NCBI GenBank assembly: GCA_963663865.1
Contig: OY760686.1
Span: forward strand, 12,069 to 76,068
From: Spirochaetota bacterium
GTDB taxonomy: Bacteria; Spirochaetota; UBA4802; UBA5550
Reading direction: 5' to 3'
Length of the DNA stretch: 64,000 bases
Within the stretch, counting starts at the first letter, position 1, and each line of letters starts with the position of its first letter. The position numbers were made by a program, and so were the translations under genes. The notes under the pieces were generated by a model, which made no database searches, was not told the DNA's origin, and was given only the letters and a program-made list of their open reading frames with translations. Of the stretch, positions 55,141 to 64,000 are shown in pieces.

Positions 55141-55500
55141 ATGTACTTTAAGGAAACAGACTCAATCCCGCTGAGAGCGCTCAAGATTATCGGGGCAACG
55201 CTGCTGGGGATCGCGGGCGCGGTTGTTCTCGCGGGAATCTTCGGCTTCGGCGTTAAATACCTGTGGAACTGGCTGATGCCGGACATCTTCGGGCTGAGGA
55301 CGATTAACTTTTGGGAGGCTTTCGGCCTTGTGGTGCTGGCAAGGCTTCTGGTCGGAGGCTGGAGACACCCACACTCAGCGCACACGTCGCCCAGGCGGCA
55401 CATTCACGAATTTACTCACACGCCCCGCGGGCGCAGAAAGCCCGAAGGCGTACAGGCTCCTGAGACGGAATATTCCGGCTCTGATGATGTTAACAACTGA
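55141..55500 (+). CDS. Two-TM membrane protein downstream of the ECF sigma gene
   Basis: GGAGG RBS, two hydrophobic helices, and a His/Arg-rich tail. No recognisable anti-sigma (ZAS/RskA) motif. Confidence 0.5.
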   Translation: MYFKETDSIPLRALKIIGATLLGIAGAVVLAGIFGFGVKYLWNWLMPDIFGLRTINFWEAFGLVVLARLLVGGWRHPHSAHTSPRRHIHEFTHTPRGRRKPEGVQAPETEYSGSDDVNN

Positions 55501-55580
55501 TCATAGAGCCGTAACGTCAGGCCGGGCAAATTCTCCGGCCTGACCGCCGCCGACCCTGGTATTGAAACATTGTACGGCGT

Positions 55581-56657
55581 TCAGCCCTCGTTCTTTCTCT
55601 TGAACTCGCGCATAATCCGCTTCATCTCCCCTTTGCTTCCGAACATATTCCTGATCTTTTCGTTCTCTATCTGCCGCGCGTTGAGCAGGCCATATGCCGC
55701 CTCGCGTGAAAGCTTGAGCCAGCTTTCGAGCCGTTCAGCGGCAAGAGTGCCCTTCTCCACCGCGTCCCTTACAGAGCAGCCCGGTTCCGTTAGATGTGTG
55801 CAGTCCTTGAAGCGGCAGTGCCGGGCAAGCTCTGCTATGTCAGCAAAGGCGTCCGAGAGATCAGCGTCTGAAAGCCTGAACTCACGCATTCCCGGCGTGT
55901 CGAGCACGAGTCCTCCGCCCGGCAGCATCATCAGCTCACGGCTTGTCGTAGTGTGCCGGCCCTTGCCGTCTCGGCGCGTTCCGTTCACCGCGGCGACATC
56001 CTTCCCCGCGAGGCGGTTGATAAGAGTTGACTTCCCGACACCTGAAGACCCGACAAACGCGCATGTACATCCTTCCCTTATGAATGACATGACCGGCAGA
56101 GGTTCTTCCTCTTCCAGGGCCGAAGTGACAATCAAGGATACATTCCGAGTGACGGGCTCAAGCTCCCCGAGTTTCTCCTCGACATCATCTACCAGGTCGG
56201 CCTTTGTCAGTATAACAACGGGCTTTGCGCCCGACGCGCAAGCCGCGCTCAGGTAGCGCTCAATCCGCCGTGGATTGAAGTCTTCCGTTAGAGACATGCA
56301 GATGAAAATGACATCGATGTTGGCGGCTATCAGCTGTCTCTGCCCCCCTCCTGCCGATGTCCTGCCAAAGGCGGTCTTGCGCGGCAGTACCGCGTGAATC
56401 ACACAAAAGCGTGTTTCAGGGTCAGCCGCGCTATGCATGACCCAGTCGCCGACAGCGGGGTACTCGGAAGGGCTTTCCGCCATGTGCATGAAACGGCCCG
56501 AAACAGAAGCGGTCATTTCGCCTTCTGACGTTATAAGGCTGTATATATCGTGATGCTGCCCCGTTATACGAGCGGGATCGAACTCAGGGCAAAGAAGAGC
56601 GGCGGCTTTGAAGTAATCATCAAAGCCGTATTTTGATAAGTCTGTATTCCTGTTCAT
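55581..56657 (-). CDS. rsgA: Ribosome small-subunit-dependent GTPase RsgA (YjeQ)
   Basis: Circularly permuted GTPase motifs: TKADL, GSSGVGKSTLINRL, DTPGMREF. C-terminal zinc motif CRFKDCTHLTEPGCSV. The start is set at the ATG after the GGAGG RBS. Confidence 0.9.
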   Translation of the reverse strand: MNRNTDLSKYGFDDYFKAAALLCPEFDPARITGQHHDIYSLITSEGEMTASVSGRFMHMAESPSEYPAVGDWVMHSAADPETRFCVIHAVLPRKTAFGRTSAGGGQRQLIAANIDVIFICMSLTEDFNPRRIERYLSAACASGAKPVVILTKADLVDDVEEKLGELEPVTRNVSLIVTSALEEEEPLPVMSFIREGCTCAFVGSSGVGKSTLINRLAGKDVAAVNGTRRDGKGRHTTTSRELMMLPGGGLVLDTPGMREFRLSDADLSDAFADIAELARHCRFKDCTHLTEPGCSVRDAVEKGTLAAERLESWLKLSREAAYGLLNARQIENEKIRNMFGSKGEMKRIMREFKRKNEG

Positions 56658-56875
56658 TGTTTCCTCCGGTAATATTATCAACGGAATCCGGAGGGGAGAA
56701 GTCCGCTATTTCCCCTCCGGGGAAACAACACTCTCCAAAAATAATTGTGTTTTCAAAAAAACTCCTTTTTAGACATTATCAGGGGAATTCTTCAGGAAGG
56801 CAAGAAGAAATATGAAATATTTCTTCATAAGAGGGGCAGAGCGCACAGCGCCGGCCCCTTACTATGATGTTTTAA

Positions 56876-57067
56876 TCAATCAACGTTTTCTGTTTTTTTG
56901 CTGAAAAAAGTCTCTTTAACAAAGATTACGGCAAAAACTGCCGAAAGGAAAATGCACACTGCCAACCATGCATTTTTACTGAGATGAAGCGTGCCGTATG
57001 ACCCGCTGAAATAGACCGAATAAGCTATAAAAACAAGACAGAATGCGATTACGCCTGTAGCGCTCAT
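56876..57067 (-). CDS. Small two-TM hypothetical protein
   Basis: 63 aa with an SD-like GAGAGG upstream. Weak evidence. Confidence 0.3.
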   Translation of the reverse strand: MSATGVIAFCLVFIAYSVYFSGSYGTLHLSKNAWLAVCIFLSAVFAVIFVKETFFSKKTENVD

Positions 57068-57140
57068 GTTAACCTCTCAGGTTGATAATGTAAAATTTCC
57101 ACGCCCATAGAAGCGCGGCGATTAGTTTTTATCAACCCGG

Positions 57141-57449
57141 TCAGGTAAAGACTCCTCTGCTCCACACCGGGAACTTTGAGGATAGATGAACTGTTTCAAA
57201 AATGTTACCGAAAGTTAAATGACGACTGGACGGAGACAATTCCCACAATTCAGATAGTGCATGAAATTTCATCTCCAGCCTGATCTTGCCTGAAACACAA
57301 CCTGAAGATGTTTGAGATTCGCAGATACATGAAGAGTCCTGCTGCTTTATGGGCTCCGCGCTGACCTGATTCAGGCTGGCCGCGAGCAAATAAGCAGTCA
57401 CTGCGAAAAGAATCACCGCTGTAAATATTCGTTTACGATGAATCATCAT
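57141..57449 (-). CDS. Small secreted hypothetical protein
   Basis: 102 aa with a signal-peptide-like N-terminus. Weak evidence. Confidence 0.3.
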   Translation of the reverse strand: MMIHRKRIFTAVILFAVTAYLLAASLNQVSAEPIKQQDSSCICESQTSSGCVSGKIRLEMKFHALSELWELSPSSRHLTFGNIFETVHLSSKFPVWSRGVFT

Positions 57450-57579
57450 TTACCCCTAAACGGAGTACAGATCGGCGAAGGCTTCCAAAACAGCAAGCAT
57501 ATTTCGTTCAATTTTTGCGGAAAAACCCGGCGGTATATCCATAATTATTTAAATTTTTGGAACTGACTAAAGTTTTTAG

Positions 57580-57608
57580 TTGACTTTACTTAGACGTCTA
57601 ACTATTTT
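57580..57608 (+). promoter_or_regulatory. marR promoter with an embedded 12-bp palindromic operator, TTAGACGTCTAA (57590-57601)
   Basis: TTGACT (57580-57585), a 17-nt spacer containing the palindrome, then TATTTT (57603-57608). The ATG lies 7 nt after the -10 element. Confidence 0.5.
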
Positions 57609-57614
57609 GAATTC

Positions 57615-58037
57615 ATGATTTTATTGAAAACATTGACAACCATTGCGGCCATACACGAAGCTGCCAATCACTACATAATTCAGGAAATGGAAAAGCGCGG
57701 CATCAAAGGCCTTGTTCCTTCACATGGCGCCATTTTAAATGCACTTTATTCGAAGGGTTCCATGACAATGAAGGAAATAGCGGAAGCTATAAAGAGGAAA
57801 CAGTCCACAGTTACTGTCTTAACAGAAAAACTTGTTCAGAACGGATATGTAAAAAAGGAGAAGGATTCTGAAGACAGCAGGGTATGGAATATCATCCTTA
57901 CGACAAAAGGTCTGGAGTTTCAGCTCGATTTCGTGGAGATATCTCAAAACCTTAATAAAAAGATACACGCGGGAATGAGCAATAACGAGATTAATACTCT
58001 TACCGCTTTCCTTGAAAAGATTGAATTGAACTTTTAG
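57615..58037 (+). CDS. MarR-family transcriptional regulator
   Basis: 140 aa with a winged HTH (MTMKEIAEAIKRKQSTVTVLTEKLVQNGYVKKEKDSEDSRV). Confidence 0.85.
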   Translation: MILLKTLTTIAAIHEAANHYIIQEMEKRGIKGLVPSHGAILNALYSKGSMTMKEIAEAIKRKQSTVTVLTEKLVQNGYVKKEKDSEDSRVWNIILTTKGLEFQLDFVEISQNLNKKIHAGMSNNEINTLTAFLEKIELNF

Positions 58038-58042
58038 TTTTT

Positions 58043-58080
58043 CGCGGATATATATTTAGACGTCTAAGTATATATCCGCG
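58043..58080. promoter_or_regulatory. 38-bp near-perfect palindrome carrying a second TTAGACGTCTAA site (58056-58067)
   Basis: CGCGGATATATA-T-TTAGACGTCTAA-G-TATATATCCGCG, with only one mismatched pair. Lies between marR and the next gene. Confidence 0.6.
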
Positions 58081-58134
58081 AGACATCTAAACGATACTCA
58101 AGAAAATCATGAAGTCAATAGAAAGGAGGACTCA

Positions 58135-58962
58135 ATGAAAACAACATTAAGGATTGCATCACTACCCCTTATCCTGGGTCTGGCTTTATTTGCCTGTAAA
58201 AGCCATGACAAAAAAGAGGCAGTAGTATCTCTGCTTAAATCCATCGAAACAGGGGACACAAAACCTGTAGCTCTCATTAACCCGGACAAGTATATTCAGC
58301 ACAATCTCTCTGCAGCTGACGGCCTTGCCGGATTTGGAGAACTGCTATCACAGCTGCCTCCCAACTCAGCGAAAGTAAATACTGTCAGGGTGTTTCAGGA
58401 CGGAGAATATGTATTTGCACACACTGAATATAATTTCTTCGGACCGAAAATAGGGTTCGATATTTTCAGGTTTGAAAACGGAAAGATTGTTGAACACTGG
58501 GACAATCTTCAGGAAATACAGGGACCAAATCCCAGCGGCCGTACAATGACAGACGGTCCGGTTAAAGCAAAAGACAGGGATAAAACCGAACAGAATAAGC
58601 AATTTGTAAAAGCTTTCGTCAGCGATATTCTCGTAAACAGCAAAATTGATAAAATATCCCATTATATCGACGCCGATAACTATATCCAGCATAACCCTGT
58701 GATCGCGGATGGGCTTTCAGGGCTCGATAAAGCGCTTAAAGCAATGGCCAAACAGGGCATTATCATGAAATATGAAAAAATCCATAAAGTTCTCGGAGAG
58801 AGCAATTTCGTCCTGACCGTAAGCGAGGGCTCATTCGGCGGAAAGCATACATCCTTTTATGACCTGTTTCGAGTTGAAAACGGCAAAATTGTTGAACACT
58901 GGGACGTAATCGAAACGATTCTGCCGAAAGAGCAGTGGAAAAACAGCAACGGAAAGTTTTAG
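58135..58962 (+). CDS. Lipoprotein with two tandem SnoaL-like (NTF2-fold) domains
   Basis: Lipobox LFAC, plus an internal duplication (FRFENGKIVEHWDNLQE and FRVENGKIVEHWDVIE). Confidence 0.7.
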   Translation: MKTTLRIASLPLILGLALFACKSHDKKEAVVSLLKSIETGDTKPVALINPDKYIQHNLSAADGLAGFGELLSQLPPNSAKVNTVRVFQDGEYVFAHTEYNFFGPKIGFDIFRFENGKIVEHWDNLQEIQGPNPSGRTMTDGPVKAKDRDKTEQNKQFVKAFVSDILVNSKIDKISHYIDADNYIQHNPVIADGLSGLDKALKAMAKQGIIMKYEKIHKVLGESNFVLTVSEGSFGGKHTSFYDLFRVENGKIVEHWDVIETILPKEQWKNSNGKF

Positions 58963-58971
58963 TTTCACCTC

Positions 58972-59002
58972 CTGTGCTCCTATAATAGTGGAGCACAGTT
59001 TA
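58972..59002 (+). terminator. Hairpin after the SnoaL-like gene
   Basis: Stem ctgtgctcc / ggagcacag followed by ttt. Confidence 0.45.
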
Positions 59003-59027
59003 AACCTATAATAAATGAGGATATAAA

Positions 59028-59432
59028 ATGAATCAAGTACTCAACTTTATCAATAACAGCCCTGTTCAGTATTTTGCCACTGTGGGCCTGGACGAGAAAC
59101 CAAAGGTAAGACCTTTCCAGTTCATGCTTGAGGATAATGGTAAACTGTACTTTTGCACCTCAAATCAAAAAAACGTATATCGGGAAATGTCAGCCAATCC
59201 CTACGTCGAGATGTGCTGCTCAGGTGAGAACTTTTCCTGGATGAGATTGAGCGGTAAGGCGGTTTTTTCTAAGGATATTTCACTGAAACAAAAGGTCCTT
59301 GAAACAAGCCCTCTGGTAAAGTCAATATATCAGACCCCCGAAAACCCCGAATTTGAGATATTCTATCTTGAGCAGGCAGTCGCGGTGATATCGGACTTCA
59401 GCGGCAATCCTCCGTCAACACACAGGCTATAG
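59028..59432 (+). CDS. Pyridoxamine 5'-phosphate oxidase-like FMN-binding protein
   Basis: 134 aa with the pattern YFATVGLDEKPKVRPFQF...GKLYFCTS...NPYVEM typical of the PNPOx-like split-barrel family. Confidence 0.65.
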   Translation: MNQVLNFINNSPVQYFATVGLDEKPKVRPFQFMLEDNGKLYFCTSNQKNVYREMSANPYVEMCCSGENFSWMRLSGKAVFSKDISLKQKVLETSPLVKSIYQTPENPEFEIFYLEQAVAVISDFSGNPPSTHRL

Positions 59433-59450
59433 CTTAACCTTTTAGCATCG

Positions 59451-59485
59451 GCATTCCGGCTATTCCATGCCGGAATGCGCTTTTT
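59451..59485 (+). terminator. Rho-independent terminator
   Basis: 10-bp stem gcattccggc / gccggaatgc, then gcttttt. Confidence 0.75.
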
Positions 59486-59672
59486 AAAATCCACCGCTTA
59501 TCAGCCAAAAAAACAGCCCTCCCAATTTGGGCGGTTAACTTTATAATTTTTTATGGCTTTAACGTATCAACCAGAGCGGCATAAGGCTGATATCCAAAAG
59601 TAAAAAATCCTTGCATCAGCTCCCCCTTTTTTGGTAGAATCAGTCCCTTTCGTTTAACGATGGAGGCAGATT

Positions 59673-60788
59673 GTGATTGATATTGAAGGTAAGTACAACA
59701 CCGCTCATATTATGATTGATGATATCGACCCCTTTACGCGCGAACAGATTCAGCGGATGATGGACAACCCCGCGTTCAGCGGCAGCCGGGTAGCGGTCAT
59801 GCCAGACTGTCATGCCGGCGTCGGAGCTGTCATAGGCTTCACCATGAAGATGAACGATTACATTATTCCCAATATCGTTGGGGTGGATATAGGCTGCGGC
59901 ATGCTCAGCGCCTGTTTCGGGGAAATCGATATTGACCCTGCCGAACTCGACAGCTTCATAAAAAAGAGAATTCCCTCATCAACCGGAATAAACCGTCAGA
60001 CGGAAGACGGCCTGGGCCAGCTCGCGGAAGAGACCGCACAGGTCTGCGAAACAATAGGCATTGAGGCGGATAAGGCCCTGAGAGCAATCGGCTCTCTGAG
60101 CGGAGGCAACCACTTCATCGAAGCAGGGCGCGGCACTGACGGAAGGCTGTGGATAACCATTCACTCGGGAAGCCGCAACTTCGGCCTCCAGGTTGCCATG
60201 TTCAGCCAGAGAAAGGCTAAGGAGAAGCACAGAGACAGGCCTGACAATGTTCCAGGGCTTGAGTCTCTTGAAACAGACAGCCGGGACGGGCGTGAATACC
60301 TTAAGCACCTCAGAACAGCTCAACTCTTTGCCGCCATGAACCGCCGCGTTATGATGTCCCGCATATCGGAGATTGCCGGAGATCCGATCGAGACACATGA
60401 GTCAGTGCACAACTTTATTGGAGACGATGACATCATCAGAAAGGGTGCGACCCCCGCGAGAGACGGAGAAACCGTCATTCTGCCGTTCAACATGAGGGAC
60501 GGCATAGCCCTCTGCCGCGGCAAGGGATCGGCTGAGTATAACTACTCTGCACCGCACGGAGCCGGACGTGTGCTCAGCCGCACTCAGGCAAAGGCAAGCC
60601 TTGACCTCAGCGAGCTCCAGAACCAGATGAAGCAGGCGGGAATTTACACCACAACGGCCACCAGAGGCACCCTTGACGAGGCTCCGGCAGCCTATAAGGA
60701 CAGAGAGCTAATACTCAAAAATATATCTGCCACCGTTGAAGTGATAGACTTCATCAAGCCCTTTTACAACTTCAAGGCTTCAGGATAA
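59673..60788 (+). CDS. rtcB: RtcB-family RNA ligase
   Basis: GGAGG RBS with a GTG start. MPDCHAGVG, GVDIGCGM, GGNHFIE, HSGSRNFG, HNFI, PHGAGR. Confidence 0.85.
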   Translation: MIDIEGKYNTAHIMIDDIDPFTREQIQRMMDNPAFSGSRVAVMPDCHAGVGAVIGFTMKMNDYIIPNIVGVDIGCGMLSACFGEIDIDPAELDSFIKKRIPSSTGINRQTEDGLGQLAEETAQVCETIGIEADKALRAIGSLSGGNHFIEAGRGTDGRLWITIHSGSRNFGLQVAMFSQRKAKEKHRDRPDNVPGLESLETDSRDGREYLKHLRTAQLFAAMNRRVMMSRISEIAGDPIETHESVHNFIGDDDIIRKGATPARDGETVILPFNMRDGIALCRGKGSAEYNYSAPHGAGRVLSRTQAKASLDLSELQNQMKQAGIYTTTATRGTLDEAPAAYKDRELILKNISATVEVIDFIKPFYNFKASG

Positions 60789-60804
60789 AGCCAAACGTGC
60801 CTTT

Positions 60805-61356
60805 TTATTTTAGAAATTTTGACACAAAGGGTGACGTTTCCCCTCTCCTCATAAAGTGTCCTGAAGGTCCCTCTCCAAGAAACTCGGAAAACCACGATTC
60901 ATGCTCAATCTCTTCGTTCAGTATCGCCAGTGCGAGATCATATGTCCTGTGGTCCTTGCCGGCTGTTAAATCGCATATATGCGAATAGCCTCTGACTGCG
61001 CACCTTTCCGCTTCGACTAGAACTCTCAACATATCTTTTACATTCTGAGGATTTTTTGGAAGATTTGCCGGCGGGCAGGCCGAAAGATCGTGAAATTCTT
61101 TCATGCAATCGGGCAGGTTTCCACCAAGCTCGTATATGCGTGGAACAAGAGCTTCAAAATGATTCCGGTCTTCCACTCTTGCGACCTCGGCAATTTCCTT
61201 AATGCCCTCTCCCTCAAGCCCAATTAAGTTCACCCTCAAGATAGTGTAATAGTAGTAGGTGGTTAATTCAGCGGAAGCATTTTTCACTAAAAGTTGAAGC
61301 AACTCCTTAAGGTCAACTCCGGCTTTCTCAACAACATCTCGCGCTACCTTTGCCAT
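60805..61356 (-). CDS. Ferritin-like (Dps-like / DPSL-type) protein
   Basis: Four-helix-bundle pattern with E..H-type ligand motifs (EDRNHFE, EAERCAV, EEIEHESW). 183 aa. Confidence 0.65.
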   Translation of the reverse strand: MAKVARDVVEKAGVDLKELLQLLVKNASAELTTYYYYTILRVNLIGLEGEGIKEIAEVARVEDRNHFEALVPRIYELGGNLPDCMKEFHDLSACPPANLPKNPQNVKDMLRVLVEAERCAVRGYSHICDLTAGKDHRTYDLALAILNEEIEHESWFSEFLGEGPSGHFMRRGETSPFVSKFLK

Positions 61357-61580
61357 ACGACCCTCCTCCCTGACAATATTTTGTTCATACCCAAATGAAG
61401 GTTACTATTAAACCAGGATTAAATCAAATTATCTGGAACTTATTATTTGAATTTTATCTCAGTTTATCCTTTACATCTCCACTCAATAACATGTATGATT
61501 TTGAGCTTCTACCGTGAATAAAACCTTTTACTTGAAAAATAAGTCCTGTGATTATATTACTTTTTTCATGGAGCGCACGA

Positions 61581-64000
61581 TTGCACAGAATTACTGAATT
61601 CTTCCTGAAACACAGCATGTTAGTGAATGTGCTTGTCGTTGCCGTAATAGGCCTCGGCATTAAGAGTCTTCTTGAAATAAAAAAAGAGGGCTTTCCGGAG
61701 ATATCGCTCAACAGGGTCATTATACAGACCGTCTATCCGGGCGCTGCCGCGTCTGACGTTGAACGTAACGTTACGCTCCGCATTGAAGAGGCCCTTGAAG
61801 AGGTAGAGGGCATAAAGGAGGTGCTTTCCGTTTCCGACGAAAGCATCTCCCGAATAGAGGTTCACGCGGACGACAGCGCCTCAGCCGTGGAATTCAAAAA
61901 GCTTTACGACGATGTCGATTCCGCGCTCTCTTCTATTGATGATCTCCCATCCGATATTGAAAACAAGCCGTCAATCAGCGAATTCACCTCTTCGGATATA
62001 CCGATTATGGAGATCGCCCTAACCGGCGAATTCAGCGTTTTAAAGCCCTTTGCCGACAGGCTTGGAAACCAGATCCGGAAGCTCCCCGGGGTTGGCGGTG
62101 TCACGGTTGTCGGGCTGCCCGACGAGGAATTCCAGGTGCTCGTCGACCCTGCGAGAGCAGCGGCCTCCAGGGTCGATCTCAGGATGATTTACAACGCCCT
62201 GAGCCGCAGAAACGTCGAAGGCTCGGGCGGAACCCTCAACTCACCGAAGGGGGAAAAGAAGGTTGTATTCCAGGACAAGTACGCAAAAGCCACGGACGCG
62301 GCTGAAACCCTCATTCTCAGTAACACGGACGGATTCGGCGTCAGGCTCAGCGACGTCGCGGAGATACGAAAGGCTCCCGAGGACATGGGCCTGATAGTGA
62401 GAAGCAACGGCAAGAGGGGCGCCGCCCTCTCTGTCAGGAAAACCGGCTCAAGCGACCTTTTAAAGACGGTTGACTCAATAAACAAACTGCTTAGCGCCAC
62501 AGAGCTTCCCGATGGCGCCGGAATGAAGGTGATACTCGACCAGTCCCGCCTTACCCGTGACAGGCTGAGCCTGCTGGCAGGAAACGCCGTAATCGGATTC
62601 CTGCTCGTTGCCGCCGTGCTCTTTCTGATATTCAACTTCAAGACAGCCCTCTGGACTGCATTCGGCATACCCTTCTCTCTTCTGGGGATGTTCATCTTCC
62701 TTAAGATTACAGGGATGTCTCTCAATCTGATATCCCTCGGCGGCTTTATTATCATCATCGGGATGCTTGTCGATGACGCAATTGTCGTTTCAGAAGAGTT
62801 CAACAGCAACCGCGAATCCGGGCTGTCCCCTCACGAGTCCGCCGTTATGGCGGTTAAAAGGATGTGGCTTCCTGTCGCGGCTTCCTGCCTGACTACTATT
62901 GTGGCTTTTTCTCCCATTTTCGCGGTGGGCGGATTCCCCGGAAAGTTCATCTGGGCAATCCCGCTGATGGTCATTGTCGGCCTATCAATCTCGCTGATTG
63001 AAAGCTACGTTATTCTTCCCGTTCACCTGACCCATGGCAGGCACAGGGCTTCCTCATCCAAACACAGCTATGTAGTAAAGCTGGAGGCCGTCTACAAAAG
63101 GGCGCTCTCCAGGGCAATTCGGCTGAGGTTCCCTGTCCTGGGCGCGGCGCTGCTGCTGCTTTTCGCCTCATTCATTGTGCTCGGCAAAGTCGTCAAGAAA
63201 GACCCGTTCCCGCAGGACGCCGCCGAAGGCTTCAGTGTAACCCTTACACTTCCGCCGGGAAGCTCAGCCGCCCGGACTGAGAGGGCAACCGCTGAAATAG
63301 AGAGCCTTATCCTCGGGCTTGGAGAAAATGAGCTTGTAGGTCTGAGTACCCGGATTGGGACGCACAGCCTGCTGAGCGCCACGGAACGCGGCACTCAGAA
63401 CAATCTCGCGGCCATTTTCGTCTACCTGACGCCCTACTCGAAAAGGGACCGTACCGCAGATGAGCTCATTACCCACGTAACCGCCGGCATGAAGGCCCTT
63501 GAGCCGCTCAGAAAATCTGACTTTAAGGTTGAGCTGACCCGCCTTGGCCCGCCCATGGGCAAGCCTTTCGAAATACGAGTAATATCCAACGATGACGCAC
63601 TCAGAAGAAAGCGTGTTGAGGAAATAACTTCATTCCTTTCACAGGTTCCTGGCGTCTACGACATTGAAGACGACGAGCTTGAGGGGAAAAACGAGTTGGC
63701 GCTGAATATCGACCACGCCACTCTTGCCCGCACCGGCCTCACTTCGCAGGACGTCATAACGGCGCTGCGTTTGGCCTTTGACGGCATGAAAGCTACTGAC
63801 ATAACGACACTTGAGGGTACGACTGAGTTCAGGGTCATGCTGAACGACAAAGCCCGCGCAAACACCCGTTTCCTCGAAACTCTGCCCATAGCCAACAGCA
63901 GAGGCAACCTGATAAACCTCTCAATGTTCACTGCACTTTCAGAGAAGCCATCCTTTGCCGGGATAAGGCACATAGACGGCGACAGGGCAACAACTGTTTC
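61581..64000 (+). CDS. RND (AcrB/HAE1-like) efflux transporter permease, 5' partial
   Basis: Not in the ORF track because it runs off the window. GGAG RBS with a TTG start. ITEFFLKHSMLVNVLVVAVIGLG...VYPGAAASDVE and GFIIIIGMLVDDAIVVSEE are typical RND motifs. The minus-strand ORFs at 62189-63973 are shadows. Confidence 0.8.
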   Translation, partial: MHRITEFFLKHSMLVNVLVVAVIGLGIKSLLEIKKEGFPEISLNRVIIQTVYPGAAASDVERNVTLRIEEALEEVEGIKEVLSVSDESISRIEVHADDSASAVEFKKLYDDVDSALSSIDDLPSDIENKPSISEFTSSDIPIMEIALTGEFSVLKPFADRLGNQIRKLPGVGGVTVVGLPDEEFQVLVDPARAAASRVDLRMIYNALSRRNVEGSGGTLNSPKGEKKVVFQDKYAKATDAAETLILSNTDGFGVRLSDVAEIRKAPEDMGLIVRSNGKRGAALSVRKTGSSDLLKTVDSINKLLSATELPDGAGMKVILDQSRLTRDRLSLLAGNAVIGFLLVAAVLFLIFNFKTALWTAFGIPFSLLGMFIFLKITGMSLNLISLGGFIIIIGMLVDDAIVVSEEFNSNRESGLSPHESAVMAVKRMWLPVAASCLTTIVAFSPIFAVGGFPGKFIWAIPLMVIVGLSISLIESYVILPVHLTHGRHRASSSKHSYVVKLEAVYKRALSRAIRLRFPVLGAALLLLFASFIVLGKVVKKDPFPQDAAEGFSVTLTLPPGSSAARTERATAEIESLILGLGENELVGLSTRIGTHSLLSATERGTQNNLAAIFVYLTPYSKRDRTADELITHVTAGMKALEPLRKSDFKVELTRLGPPMGKPFEIRVISNDDALRRKRVEEITSFLSQVPGVYDIEDDELEGKNELALNIDHATLARTGLTSQDVITALRLAFDGMKATDITTLEGTTEFRVMLNDKARANTRFLETLPIANSRGNLINLSMFTALSEKPSFAGIRHIDGDRATTV

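Noticed and set aside
55570-56256. 228-aa plus-strand ORF
   Set aside because: It is antisense to rsgA, which has unambiguous GTPase and zinc-finger motifs. The ORF translation is Ser/Arg/Pro-rich and low in complexity.
62189-63973. Four minus-strand ORFs (206, 100, 70 and 105 aa)
   Set aside because: All are antisense to the RND transporter gene, which runs off the window and is therefore missing from the ORF track.

Overview
This is a chromosomal window from a flagellated diderm bacterium. Housekeeping genes are roughly 45-55% G+C by eye. The gene content looks spirochaete-like (FliM, CheD, an FlgD-Ig/OmpA protein, SEC-C Map, MetX/MetW, an unlinked 5S rRNA), but the taxon cannot be proven from the sequence alone.

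Backbone genes: a phosphate locus (pstB-phoU-phoB-phoR-pstC-pstA on the minus strand, pstS divergent), fliM, rnhA, a SAM-I riboswitch ahead of metX-metW, map, tRNA-Glu and tRNA-Lys, purA, a DsbD-like protein, pth, htpG, smpB, a CPA2 antiporter, cheD-HDOD, a two-subunit fumarate hydratase, EAL and GGDEF proteins, an ECF sigma factor, rsgA, a MarR unit, rtcB, and the 5' part of an RND pump.

Accessory content:
- A C10 cysteine-protease lipoprotein gene whose signal-peptide codons contain a (CT)14 tract that currently breaks the frame.
- Two visibly AT-rich islands, each carrying the same co-directional three-gene module: GH3 lipoprotein, then a divergent IS110-like (DEDD / Transposase_20-type) protein, then a polytopic-membrane AraC regulator.
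- A third IS110-like gene upstream of the second module. It is bracketed by 26-bp direct repeats, and an intact IS3-family element has inserted in its flank.
- A stand-alone 5S rRNA gene with its own promoter-like signals.

The most unusual feature is the recurrent IS110-like genes. They are strongly diverged, appear to have eroded catalytic motifs, and sit in fixed synteny. No CRISPR array and no recognisable defence system was seen.
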